Origin: Verrucomicrobiia bacterium
Lineage (GTDB): Bacteria; Patescibacteriota; Saccharimonadia; Saccharimonadales; JAGQNK01
Direction of reading: 5' to 3'
NCBI GenBank assembly: GCA_035489575.1
Contig: DATHJY010000009.1
Span: 5,517-69,516 of the forward strand
Length of the DNA stretch: 64,000 bases
Position 1 is the stretch's first letter. Each line of letters opens with the position of its first letter. Below the pieces are notes generated by a model. It was not told the DNA's origin. It ran no database searches and worked only from the letters and a program-made list of their open reading frames with translations. The translations under genes were made by a program, and so were the position numbers. Positions 1 through 8,634 of this stretch are shown one piece after another.

Positions 1-645
1 GCCACCAGAAGATTAGACCACTATGACTCCGCCAAGGGCTGGCAGCCATTCTACATCATGGCACTTGTCGGAGGTCTTATCATTGCCGTTGGCGTAGCCC
101 TGCAAATCGTACAAATTATTGCCAGCGTCATACAAAGAAAGCGACTGTACGACACCACGGGCGATCCATGGGATGGCCGCACTCTGGAGTGGTCGGTCAG
201 CTCACCCGCTCCCGCCTACAACTTTGCTACCATCCCAGAAGTAAATAGCCGTGATGCGTACTGGGAAATGAAGCATCTGCACAAACCAAAACATACCTAC
301 GAAGACATACCTACGCCCAAGAACACTGCCTCTGGCATATATATCTCTATCTTTGCTTTTTTGGCTGGATTTGGGTTTGTCTGGGAGATGAACTGGCTGG
401 CCGTGGTTGGCATAGTTGGCATCATCGCCTGTTTGATTGCTCGAACGTTCAACGAAGATTCCGAATATATAATTTCGGCCGAACAAGTTGAAAAGATGGA
501 AAAAACACACGCCCAAAAAGTTCGTGCCCTGCAGCGCGGTGACCATACCAACGAAGAAGACATGGGTCTTATAGAATTTGTGCGTATCGTGCTAGTTTGG
601 GCCCTTGGAATAGCAAAGGGCATACTGAGGGGCAAAAGAAGATGA
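1..645 (+). CDS. cyoB: cytochrome bo3-type ubiquinol oxidase subunit I, C-terminal part (5' end outside window)
   Basis: Frame 1 is open from base 1 (ATRRLDHYDSAKGWQPFYIMALVGG...) with hydrophobic C-terminal helices. The TGA stop at 643-645 overlaps the next ATG (ATGA). Clear cyoC and cyoD homologues follow. Confidence 0.75.
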   Translation, partial: ATRRLDHYDSAKGWQPFYIMALVGGLIIAVGVALQIVQIIASVIQRKRLYDTTGDPWDGRTLEWSVSSPAPAYNFATIPEVNSRDAYWEMKHLHKPKHTYEDIPTPKNTASGIYISIFAFLAGFGFVWEMNWLAVVGIVGIIACLIARTFNEDSEYIISAEQVEKMEKTHAQKVRALQRGDHTNEEDMGLIEFVRIVLVWALGIAKGILRGKRR

Positions 646-1232
646 CGCGTCATGCAGAAATGACTCACGAAGAAGCCGCCAACGACCGCGTGATGTTCGG
701 CTTTTGGGTTTACCTGATGACCGACCTGTTGATGTTTGCCATATTGTTTGCGGTATACGCAGTACTCCACGGCAATACCATGGGCGGGCCAAGCGGCCGT
801 GATTTGTTCAAACCCCAGTTGGCTCTAGCCGAAACGCTGATCCTGCTGACCAGTAGCTTTACCGCCGGTATCGGTATGATTGCTGCCCGCCGCGGTATCA
901 AACGCCAAGTGCTGGTGTGGTTTGGCATCACCTTCCTGCTGGGGCTGGCTTTCTTGGGTATCGAGCTGTATGAATTCGCCGAATTTATCCACGAGGGTCA
1001 TACCATGACCGTTAACGCATTCCTGTCTTCATTCTTCTTGTTGGTTGGTACACACGGCCTGCATATCACCTCGGGGCTACTATGGCTAGCAGTCACGCTG
1101 GTGTTTGTCATAAAAAGAGGTCTTAACTCGCACATGGTCCGCAAGCTGGCCCTGCTCAGCCTGTTCTGGCACTTCTTAGATATTGTCTGGATATTTATCT
1201 TCACAGTGGTGTACCTGAGGGCGTTCGTATGA
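642..1232 (+). CDS. cyoC: cytochrome bo3 ubiquinol oxidase subunit III
   Basis: MTRHAEMTHEEAANDRVMFGFWVYLMTDLLMFAILF...FWHFLDIVWIFIF is typical of oxidase subunit III. The ATG at 642 overlaps the cyoB stop; the ORF track starts at 597. Confidence 0.85.
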   Translation: MTRHAEMTHEEAANDRVMFGFWVYLMTDLLMFAILFAVYAVLHGNTMGGPSGRDLFKPQLALAETLILLTSSFTAGIGMIAARRGIKRQVLVWFGITFLLGLAFLGIELYEFAEFIHEGHTMTVNAFLSSFFLLVGTHGLHITSGLLWLAVTLVFVIKRGLNSHMVRKLALLSLFWHFLDIVWIFIFTVVYLRAFV

Positions 1233-1921
1233 GCAAGACAACCCACACCCCCCACCACCAGCCAAAGGGCGAACACGGCACAACCAAGTCTTATGTTATC
1301 GGCTTTATTTTGTCCCTGATCTTTACCATCATTCCGTATCACCTAGTGGTGAACAAAGTACTAACGGGCAACACACTGCTGGCAACAATCTTGGGGATCG
1401 CAATTTTGCAGATGTTTATCCAGATATTTTTCTTTCTGCACCTGGGCCGTGGACCCAAGCCGTTTTATAACGTAGTTTTCTTCTTTGCGACAGCCGGCAT
1501 TATTGTGCTGGTCATAGGCGCTTCCTTGTTTATCATGAGCAATCTGTACCACAACATGTCACCCAGAGAGGTGGTCAAGAAACAGGCCCAAGAGGAAGGA
1601 ATATCCCAGATAGGCGGCGAAAAGACCGGTGCCTGCGGCCAGCTCCAGGACAATCACGTCGTTACCATTAGCGGAGGTATCGCTACCCCCAGCCGTATCG
1701 AAGCCCAGCAGTGCGACACCCTGACGTTCATCAATAAAGACGGCCTGGAGCGCGAGATGGTTTTTGGCCCTCACCCTAACTACCACAGCTACGGCGGAGA
1801 AGATAAAACATTGCTGGACGACGAACGCGCCGAGACCATCACCCTTAACGAATCCGGAGGGTTCATGTTCCATGACCACCTCCACCCAAGCCTCACCGGC
1901 TACCTCACCGTAGCGCCCTAG
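1229..1921 (+). CDS. cyoD: cytochrome bo3 ubiquinol oxidase subunit IV fused to a ~120 aa C-terminal cupredoxin-like domain
   Basis: The N-terminal ~110 aa resemble CyoD (KSYVIGFILSLIFTIIPY, 3 TM). The ATGA overlap with cyoC suggests coupling. The C-terminal extension is beta-rich and His-rich (FHDHLHPSLTGYLTV). Confidence 0.7.
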   Translation: MSKTTHTPHHQPKGEHGTTKSYVIGFILSLIFTIIPYHLVVNKVLTGNTLLATILGIAILQMFIQIFFFLHLGRGPKPFYNVVFFFATAGIIVLVIGASLFIMSNLYHNMSPREVVKKQAQEEGISQIGGEKTGACGQLQDNHVVTISGGIATPSRIEAQQCDTLTFINKDGLEREMVFGPHPNYHSYGGEDKTLLDDERAETITLNESGGFMFHDHLHPSLTGYLTVAP

Positions 1922-1960
1922 GCCAAATTGTCAGTCTAAATAAAAATAACAGGAGAAACC

Positions 1961-2503
1961 ATGGCGACAAAAAAGAAATTTCTCGATCATTCCGGAATTA
2001 AGGTATGGGCCTTGCTGCGCATTAGCTTGGGTGCCATATTTTTGTGGGCATTCGTAGATAAACTATTCGGCTTAGGTTTTGCGACTTGTCGCGATGCAGC
2101 CACCGGCAGTGTTACAACAATGTGCTCGAAGGCCTGGATCGAAGGCGGCTCTCCCACAATAGGATTTTTAAAGTTTGGGACAAGCGGACCACTTGCCGAA
2201 TTCTACCAAACCTTAGCCGGCAATACATTTATTGACTGGCTCTTTATGATCGGCTTACTGTCCATTGGCGTAGCACTCATTCTGGGCATTGGCGTGCGGA
2301 TTGCCACCATCACCGGTTCGTTATTGCTCCTTATGATGTGGGGTGCGGTCTTGCCGCCAGAAAACAATCCTGTGTTGGACGACCATATCATCTATATCTT
2401 CGTGCTTGCCGGCATCTATCGCACCAATGGCACGCAAGCTTGGGGCCTACGCACCTGGTGGGTCAAACAAAATGTCGTAAAGAAATTCTCAATTCTAGAA
2501 TAA
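1961..2503 (+). CDS. DoxX/DoxD-like membrane protein
   Basis: LRISLGAIFLWAFVDKLFGLGFAT...AWIEGGSPTIGFL pattern and 4 predicted TM helices. Located just after the cyo genes. Confidence 0.55.
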   Translation: MATKKKFLDHSGIKVWALLRISLGAIFLWAFVDKLFGLGFATCRDAATGSVTTMCSKAWIEGGSPTIGFLKFGTSGPLAEFYQTLAGNTFIDWLFMIGLLSIGVALILGIGVRIATITGSLLLLMMWGAVLPPENNPVLDDHIIYIFVLAGIYRTNGTQAWGLRTWWVKQNVVKKFSILE

Positions 2504-2580
2504 GACAGCTTGGGCTTTGCAACACCATGCAACCCGGCATTCTCACCTAAACTTTTATATACTCTTGTAAAAGCTTGAGT

Positions 2581-2656
2581 GAGAAGCCAAAGGGAGAACG
2601 AGACAGAGGTGCCGGCGGTTGCCAGCGCATGTCGGGTTCTGCCCTTTGGCCATCTC
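2581..2656 (-). terminator. long-loop stem-loop 3' of the GC-rich ORF (about 18 bp stem, 36 nt loop)
   Basis: GAGAAGCCAAAGGGAGAAC (2581-2599) pairs with GTTCTGCCCTTTGGCCATCTC (2636-2656) with two small bulges. Confidence 0.35.
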
Positions 2657-2692
2657 TTCCTACCCTAGGGGCAACGCCAGCGATCTAGTTGA

Positions 2693-3193
2693 TCAGATCG
2701 ACACGCCGCCGTACTGCTTGGGCTCGACACCCCTCGGACGCAACATGCGCTGCAAGCTGTCCCAGCTCATGTAGCGAAGGTATCCGACCTCGATCGGTTC
2801 GTCGGTGTCGAGCTTGAAGAACGCGACGGCGATCAGAGCCAGGCCACCCAGCCCGGCGGAGGTGTCAGGAACACTGGGGTAGACGCCGAAGTAGCCGAAG
2901 TCCAGATCCTTTCCGCCATTGGCGCCAGGGTTGACGGTTCGGGACTCGCGTTGGCCCAGCCGGAGGCACTTTTCGTGCGGACGCGCCCATGCGTGCTTGC
3001 CAGTGTGCAAATCGATGCCATCGATTGAGACGACGGCACGCACTGGCTCGTCCCGGGTGTTCCGAACAACCAGGCGGTAGCGCTCGAGCGGATGGACGCC
3101 GATGGTCTCCACACCGTCGAGCTCGTAAGGCACGTAGGGAAGACCATGCCAGCCCTTTTCGCCCGAGTGATTGATCACTACAAGTATCATCAT
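2693..3193 (-). CDS. hypothetical protein (GC-rich orphan, cassette A)
   Basis: 166 aa counted from an internal ATG-ATG (MMILVVINHSGEKGWHGLPYVPYELDG...). Visibly GC-rich compared with neighbours. The upstream part of the tracked ORF is AT-rich leader. Confidence 0.5.
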   Translation of the reverse strand: MMILVVINHSGEKGWHGLPYVPYELDGVETIGVHPLERYRLVVRNTRDEPVRAVVSIDGIDLHTGKHAWARPHEKCLRLGQRESRTVNPGANGGKDLDFGYFGVYPSVPDTSAGLGGLALIAVAFFKLDTDEPIEVGYLRYMSWDSLQRMLRPRGVEPKQYGGVSI

Positions 3194-3347
3194 GCACCTC
3201 GCATAGTGAGTAGTTGCCGCATTCCTTGCCAGGGTCGCAGCGTTGTTTGGGGGCATGATAGGCAAAAAAGGCTTGCGCCCATGATGCCACCAAACAACTA
3301 TCGCACCTCCGACAGGCAGGAAGAGTGCTGTAAAAGTACAACGTATT

Positions 3348-3376
3348 ACTATACAACAAAAAAATATAATCCGCAA
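3348..3376 (-). promoter_or_regulatory. sigma70-like promoter TTGCGG-17-TATAGT for cassette A
   Basis: Read on the minus strand: TTGCGG attatatttttttgttg TATAGT. This implies a ~147 nt leader containing a 22 nt-arm hairpin (3242-3297). Confidence 0.4.
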
Positions 3377-3518
3377 CTTAAGTCTCCCCAAAAAACAAAA
3401 ATTTAGTCCGAACTTGCTTCGGCTAAATTTTATCTGCTCTCAGGAAGGAGCAGCCCACGAAAATGGAGCACATTTTCATGGCGCGATGAGGAAACCTATC
3501 CCGGTTTCCTCATTACCC

Positions 3519-5237
3519 CTAAAAATGGTCGCGAATATGCTTCATGGAATAAGCCCAGTCGGCAGTGGCTTTCTTGTGAGGGTTAAAGATATGTTGCGGA
3601 TCAAAAATATCTTTGGTTTCCTTGAATAAGCCCAGCACTTTGGGGCCATACATTTGGCGCAACCATGGGCCGCGGATCATGCCGTCGTTGTGCTCGCCAG
3701 ACAATGAACCACCATATTTCAGCACCAACTCGTTTACCTCGCGCATGGCAGGCATCAGCTTGGCTCGCTCCGAGGGCTCTTCTATCTTCATCAGTGGAAT
3801 GACATGAAAGTTGCCATCACCCATATGCCCAGCCACCGTAGCCAACAGGTTGTATTTGGTAATTATCTTGCGCAGCCGCGGCAAAAACTCCGGCAGGTAC
3901 GGTGGCGGCACCACCAGGTCATCAATAAAAGGTGCGGTGTGCTTGTCTTTTACTTTTTTTCGCAGCAGGTTAAAGCTCTCCCGGCGCATGATACGGAACT
4001 TCCAGGCTTTGGCGGTGGTGTTGTCTTCTTCTATGCCCTGCAGCTTGTTGTCTTTTAGCAGCTGGTGCATGGCAGAGATTTTCTGGTCTACCTCTGGCTG
4101 GGTTTGTCCGGTAAATTCTATCAGCAACACCATTTTGGGAATGCCGCGCAACAATACAAAGGCGTCTGGAATTAGCTGAAAGGCTAGCTTGATCAGTCCA
4201 CCCCATCCCAGCGTCTTTCTAAAATAGGGGAAGAATTTGATAGACAGCATCAGGGTGTAGTTATCAAAGGACTCAAAGCTGGTAGGGTTCTGCGACACCA
4301 CCTCATTAATCACTTGACCCAAATTCTTGGTGTTTCTCATGAATGCCACCAATACACCAGAATAGGGCTCTTGCGGCACCAGCTTAAACTGAATATCAGT
4401 CACTAACCCCAGCGTCCCCTGCGACCCAACAATCAGTTGAGTCATGTCAAACATCCCTGTTTCGCGGTCCCATACATTCCATAGGCTGTAGCCCGTAGAG
4501 TTTTTGCTGACGTTAGGCTTGGCCGCCTTGATGGTGTCATAATTTTTCTCGATCAGCTGAAATGTCTGCTTATACAGCTGGCCCTCGTATGTTTTTTGGG
4601 CCATTTTTTCATCCAGCTCTTTTTTGGTCAGCGGCTTTACGGTATATTCTTTGCCGTCAGCAAATACTACTTTTAGCTCTTTTATAAACTTCTCTGTCTT
4701 ACCGTAGCGCAAAGATAGCTCACCACCAGAATTGTTGGCCACCATACCGCCGATAGTACACAGCTCGCGCGACGCCGGAAAACTGGGCATGAGGGCCCGA
4801 TGCTTCAGCGTCTCTTTTTCGAATTCGCGGTAGAACATGCCAGGCTGGGCATGAGCATGTTCGTTATCACCCGTAATGAACTGGTTCATATGCTTGTTAA
4901 AATCTACGATCACCGACTCTCCAATAGCCCCGCCAGACATATCGGTACCACCACTGCGAGCGGTCAGCGACAGACTGGGTACAGTTTTGCGAGCTTCTGC
5001 GGCGGCGGACACAATCCGCTGCACATCCTTGGCATTCTTGGGGAACACCACCAGCTGCGGCATTACCTCGAACAGAGAGGCGTCGTGACTATAAAAGTCC
5101 CGAGTTTCCACCGAAGCATCGGTCTCGCCCGTAAAGCCAAACTGTTTCAGTGCCGTCAGAAAAGAGTCCATATATACGTGTCTAACCTTTAGCATTATGG
5201 TATCATGCCAGGGAAGAAAATGACTAAAATAGACCAT
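3519..5237 (-). CDS. FAD-binding oxidoreductase (GlcD / D-lactate dehydrogenase-like)
   Basis: 572 aa with a PCMH-type FAD-binding region (ARSGGTDMSGG, GGMVANNSGG) and an FAD-linked oxidase C-terminal domain (GSLSGEHNDG). The start may be an internal Met. Confidence 0.8.
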   Translation of the reverse strand: MVYFSHFLPWHDTIMLKVRHVYMDSFLTALKQFGFTGETDASVETRDFYSHDASLFEVMPQLVVFPKNAKDVQRIVSAAAEARKTVPSLSLTARSGGTDMSGGAIGESVIVDFNKHMNQFITGDNEHAHAQPGMFYREFEKETLKHRALMPSFPASRELCTIGGMVANNSGGELSLRYGKTEKFIKELKVVFADGKEYTVKPLTKKELDEKMAQKTYEGQLYKQTFQLIEKNYDTIKAAKPNVSKNSTGYSLWNVWDRETGMFDMTQLIVGSQGTLGLVTDIQFKLVPQEPYSGVLVAFMRNTKNLGQVINEVVSQNPTSFESFDNYTLMLSIKFFPYFRKTLGWGGLIKLAFQLIPDAFVLLRGIPKMVLLIEFTGQTQPEVDQKISAMHQLLKDNKLQGIEEDNTTAKAWKFRIMRRESFNLLRKKVKDKHTAPFIDDLVVPPPYLPEFLPRLRKIITKYNLLATVAGHMGDGNFHVIPLMKIEEPSERAKLMPAMREVNELVLKYGGSLSGEHNDGMIRGPWLRQMYGPKVLGLFKETKDIFDPQHIFNPHKKATADWAYSMKHIRDHF

Positions 5238-5251
5238 TTTAGGAGCAGCAT

Positions 5252-6466
5252 CTGAGCAACCACAACATTGTTATCGTTGGCGGCGGATTTGGGGGAGTCA
5301 AGGCCGCGCTAGAACTGGCGAAAGATCGCCGGTTTCATATCACGCTTATTAGTAGCCACTCGGACTTTCGCATTTACGGCACGTTGTATCATGTTGCCAC
5401 CGGGGGTGCACGGCGCGTTTCTAGCATTCCACTAACAGAGATCTTTGCCGGTACCAAGGTCAAGGTCGTGATAGACAAAGTGACCGCCCTAGACCGCAAG
5501 GCACGCGCTGTCATCACCGGCTCCAAAACGTCCTTTGGCTACGATGCCCTGGTACTAAGCCTGGGTGTCACTACCAATTTCTTCCACATAGAAGGCCTAG
5601 AAGAATTTGCCTATGGCATAAAAACCCCCGACGACGCCGAAAAGCTAAAACAACACCTGCACAAGCAGATGGTAGGCGATGGTCGAACCGACCTAAACTA
5701 TGTGGTTGTTGGCGGTGGCCCCACGGGAGTAGAACTGGCCGGTGTCTTGCCTTCATATATCCGCAAGATTGCCAAAAGTCATGGACTCAAACCCCAGAAA
5801 GTGCACGTAGACCTCATAGAGGCCGCCCCGCGGCTGCTGCCCCGCATGCCCAAAGACTTGTCCAAGAAAGTCAAAAAACATCTGCAAAAAATTGGCATTA
5901 CCGTACGGCTAAACAAAGCCGTCCAGGCTCAAAGCGCCGATGCACTCATGGTAGACGGCAAACCCATACGCAGCCACACCGTCATCTGGACCGCCGGCGT
6001 TACCAACAACCCGTTCTTTAGCGCTCAAGAGTTCCAGCTAACCCACACCGGCAAAGTCCGGGTAGACCAATACTTGCAGGCCGAGCCTGGTATTTACGTC
6101 ATTGGCGACAACGCCGACACACCCTATACTGGCATGGCCCAAGTGGCTATTTCTGACGCCAAATACGTTGCCAAGAACCTCGTGCGGCTGGCTGACAAAA
6201 AAGAGCCCCACCCCTACCATGCCAAAAAGCCCATATACGTCATGCCTGCCGGGCCAGGCTGGTCTGCCGCCTTGTGGGGAAACGTTCGGATATACGGACG
6301 GCTTGGGCATTTCTTGCGGCGCATGGCCGACTACATTGCCTACCACGACTACGTGCCTTGGCAGATGGCCCTCTCCCGCTGGACCGCAGAATATGACGAC
6401 GAAGAAAACTGCACCACCTGCGACGGCAAGCTCCAAAGAGTAAAATACGAATCCGGCGAAGTATAA
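5252..6466 (+). CDS. ndh: type II NADH:quinone oxidoreductase (Ndh-2)
   Basis: IVIVGGGFGGVKAALEL and VVVGGGPTGVELAG dinucleotide-binding motifs. The first motif lies upstream of the first canonical start (TTG 5384). A CTG at 5252 sits 6 nt after AGGAG, and there is an in-frame TAG at 5240-5242. Confidence 0.75.
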   Translation: MSNHNIVIVGGGFGGVKAALELAKDRRFHITLISSHSDFRIYGTLYHVATGGARRVSSIPLTEIFAGTKVKVVIDKVTALDRKARAVITGSKTSFGYDALVLSLGVTTNFFHIEGLEEFAYGIKTPDDAEKLKQHLHKQMVGDGRTDLNYVVVGGGPTGVELAGVLPSYIRKIAKSHGLKPQKVHVDLIEAAPRLLPRMPKDLSKKVKKHLQKIGITVRLNKAVQAQSADALMVDGKPIRSHTVIWTAGVTNNPFFSAQEFQLTHTGKVRVDQYLQAEPGIYVIGDNADTPYTGMAQVAISDAKYVAKNLVRLADKKEPHPYHAKKPIYVMPAGPGWSAALWGNVRIYGRLGHFLRRMADYIAYHDYVPWQMALSRWTAEYDDEENCTTCDGKLQRVKYESGEV

Positions 6467-6486
6467 AAAACTTATAAAAGTAGTAA

Positions 6487-6548
6487 GGGTCCGGATAGGC
6501 ACTGGGATGCACGCGGCAAGGCGGGCAAATCAGTGCTTTTCCGGACCC
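6487..6548 (-). terminator. long-loop stem-loop 3' of paralogue 1 (18 bp stem, 26 nt loop)
   Basis: GGGTCCGGATAGGCACTG (6487-6504) pairs with CAGTGCTTTTCCGGACCC (6531-6548). The arms are conserved with the copy at 7594-7657. Confidence 0.4.
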
Positions 6549-6574
6549 CAAAAGACCCGATCAAAAAGCGGCGT

Positions 6575-7381
6575 CTACCACCTACTGATCAAAGTCGGTA
6601 TAGCCCGCGCCGGGCTGACGATCCACCCCGATTCTGCACCTACATAGGGTGCACGGTCACGATGCCAATCCAGCACCGGAACTCCAGACCACTCAGGTTG
6701 GGACGAGTCGTTGACCTGCAAGCCGGGCAACCAAACGCGCGGAACCATCTTTGTGCCCATTCTCACCAACCATTCCGGGTGCAGGGCCGCAGCCGCTAGC
6801 ACTTCAAGACCTGGCGAAGTGTCAGGATGACGGACACTTTCTGGGCTGTGCTGGCAACGATGTTGCGGTGTCCAATAGCCACCCAGGTCAAGTTCCACGG
6901 TCTTCACCTCTGGCTCTGCACCATAGCGGCCGACGTCAAGCAATCGCAGCTGATCAGCTCCGCTGGAGACAGTGTCGACTGGCCAATACCGGTGTACATC
7001 GCACATCCACAGCCATAACTCGATATAGGTGGTCTGCAGATCGCCCAGCCAGATGTCAACGCTCAGACACCGCAGGCCGCTGCTGTGACCTTGCAAAAGC
7101 TGGCCACAAACCACATCGATCTGCTCTTTGGCAAGCGGCCAACTCCGCCATTCGGCACGTCGCCTCAGGGCCGTAGCCATGTCGGTGGGCGACGCGAACA
7201 CGCTGGCCGGATCAAACGGAGCCACGGCAGCCCCGAAGCGTCGCCGGTCAATCTGACTTGGGTCAACCTCCAGCAACATCCTGAGCAAGTCCTGTGAATC
7301 CAGCAGCCGCTCGACAGTACCGCCAGGATGGTCGGCGAGCAACCGTAGTAGCCGTGTCACCTGATCTATACTGGCCGTCAT
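6575..7381 (-). CDS. hypothetical protein, GC-rich tandem paralogue 1
   Basis: ATG at 7381 is preceded by GGGAG. Shares blocks with the next ORF (PFDPASxF, DIWLGD, ELWLWM, SPGLExLAAAALHP, WLPGLQ). Confidence 0.6.
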   Translation of the reverse strand: MTASIDQVTRLLRLLADHPGGTVERLLDSQDLLRMLLEVDPSQIDRRRFGAAVAPFDPASVFASPTDMATALRRRAEWRSWPLAKEQIDVVCGQLLQGHSSGLRCLSVDIWLGDLQTTYIELWLWMCDVHRYWPVDTVSSGADQLRLLDVGRYGAEPEVKTVELDLGGYWTPQHRCQHSPESVRHPDTSPGLEVLAAAALHPEWLVRMGTKMVPRVWLPGLQVNDSSQPEWSGVPVLDWHRDRAPYVGAESGWIVSPARAIPTLISRW

Positions 7382-7440
7382 CAACACTCCCTTCACCAAG
7401 TGTGCGAGGATATCCTGTGTCTCCCTGAATTGTCAGAGCA

Positions 7441-7500
7441 GGTATCCTATTCGGAAACGGCGCACTGCCGCCTAGCTTAGGCAACAAAACGCCACCTCCA
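7441..7500 (-). promoter_or_regulatory. conserved leader block upstream of paralogue 1
   Basis: About 85% identical to 8576-8634. Contains a GCCTA-nnn-TAGGC hairpin with a variable loop. Confidence 0.45.
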
Positions 7501-7593
7501 AAAAATGCACAGCAGGTTCTAAAAAGTGCAACTTGTATACTATAAAATAAAAACTACTCAACGTCTATGAGTTACTGTATCCAGATGTGGAAA

Positions 7594-7657
7594 GGGTCCG
7601 GAGGGCACTGGGCGGCGCACGCATAAAAAGCGAGCATCGACAGTGCCATCCGGACCC
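7594..7657 (-). terminator. long-loop stem-loop 3' of paralogue 2 (17 bp stem, 30 nt loop)
   Basis: GGGTCCGGAGGGCACTG (7594-7610) pairs with CAGTGCCATCCGGACCC (7641-7657). Confidence 0.4.
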
Positions 7658-7678
7658 AAAAGGACAAATGGCTGGTAA

Positions 7679-8569
7679 CTACAGGCGTTCCACGATCACG
7701 GGGATCGAGTATGGCCCGCGCGACTCCGAGTCAAGCGCCTCGCCCATGAACAGCTCGTGCTCGGCGTCCACCCACCGCATGAGCGGCACGTGCGTCCACG
7801 GTGCATCGTCGCGCGCCCTGATCTGCAGACCCGGAAGCCAGATACCAGGAACCAGGCGGGAGCCAGTGCGCACGTACCACTTAGGGTGCAGCGCCGCGGC
7901 AGCCAGCAGCTCGAGGCCCGGAGAACTCTCTGAACGACGGACGCTAGCCGGACTGGTGAAGACGCGACCCGTAGTGCCACCAGGCCAATGAGCGCCCAGA
8001 TCAAGCCGCACTACTCCCAGAGATGGCTGCCCCTCGACATAACGCCGGACGCCAGGCAGAAGCTGCATGCGATCACGGCCCCAGAAAAGTCCGCGCCACT
8101 CATGCACCACATCAACACCCAGGACGTCACCCATCCAGAGCCATAGCTCCTTGTAGGTTCTCTCGAAATCACCGAGCCAGATGTCAAAAGAGTAGCATGA
8201 CAGGCCATGAGAAGGATGAAGCGGCAGCTTGTCCACGACTTCCTGAAGCTGTCGGGGAGTGAACGGCCAACGGCGTACGCGAGCACGTTCCAGAAACGCA
8301 CTGGCCAGCTTTTCGTGCGAGGTGAACGCACTGGCCGGATCGAATGGCCGTAACCCCTCCTTGAAGGACAGCACGTCAACCTGTGACAGATCAACATCTT
8401 TGCCAAGCATCATCTTCAGCAGATGACCCGCTTCGATGAGGGCCTGCACTTCTTGTCTCGAGTGGCCGGCGAGAAGCTCCAATAGCCCTTTCGCTTGGCC
8501 TAAGGGCCTCCATGAGACATTCCCTTCTGTCTGCCGCAAGGATAGCCTATGTTCCCCTGGATGATCCAA
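7679..8569 (-). CDS. hypothetical protein, GC-rich tandem paralogue 2
   Basis: A 296 aa ORF that I estimate at ~35-40% identity with 6575-7381 over its full length. The exact start is uncertain; the tracked start is TTG. Confidence 0.6.
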   Translation of the reverse strand: MDHPGEHRLSLRQTEGNVSWRPLGQAKGLLELLAGHSRQEVQALIEAGHLLKMMLGKDVDLSQVDVLSFKEGLRPFDPASAFTSHEKLASAFLERARVRRWPFTPRQLQEVVDKLPLHPSHGLSCYSFDIWLGDFERTYKELWLWMGDVLGVDVVHEWRGLFWGRDRMQLLPGVRRYVEGQPSLGVVRLDLGAHWPGGTTGRVFTSPASVRRSESSPGLELLAAAALHPKWYVRTGSRLVPGIWLPGLQIRARDDAPWTHVPLMRWVDAEHELFMGEALDSESRGPYSIPVIVERL

Positions 8570-8575
8570 GAGTAA

Positions 8576-8634
8576 GTATCCTGTTCGGAAACGGCGTGCT
8601 GCTGCCTAAATTAGGCAACAAAACGCCGCTTCCA
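8576..8634 (-). promoter_or_regulatory. conserved leader block upstream of paralogue 2
   Basis: GTATCCTGTTCGGAAACGGCGTGCTGCTGCCTAAATTAGGCAACAAAACGCCGCTTCC aligns with 7441-7500. Confidence 0.45.

Noticed and set aside
3414-3629. A small plus-strand ORF (71 aa) between cassette A and the FAD dehydrogenase.
   Set aside because: It overlaps the 3' end of the strongly supported dehydrogenase gene on the opposite strand and has no SD or motif support.
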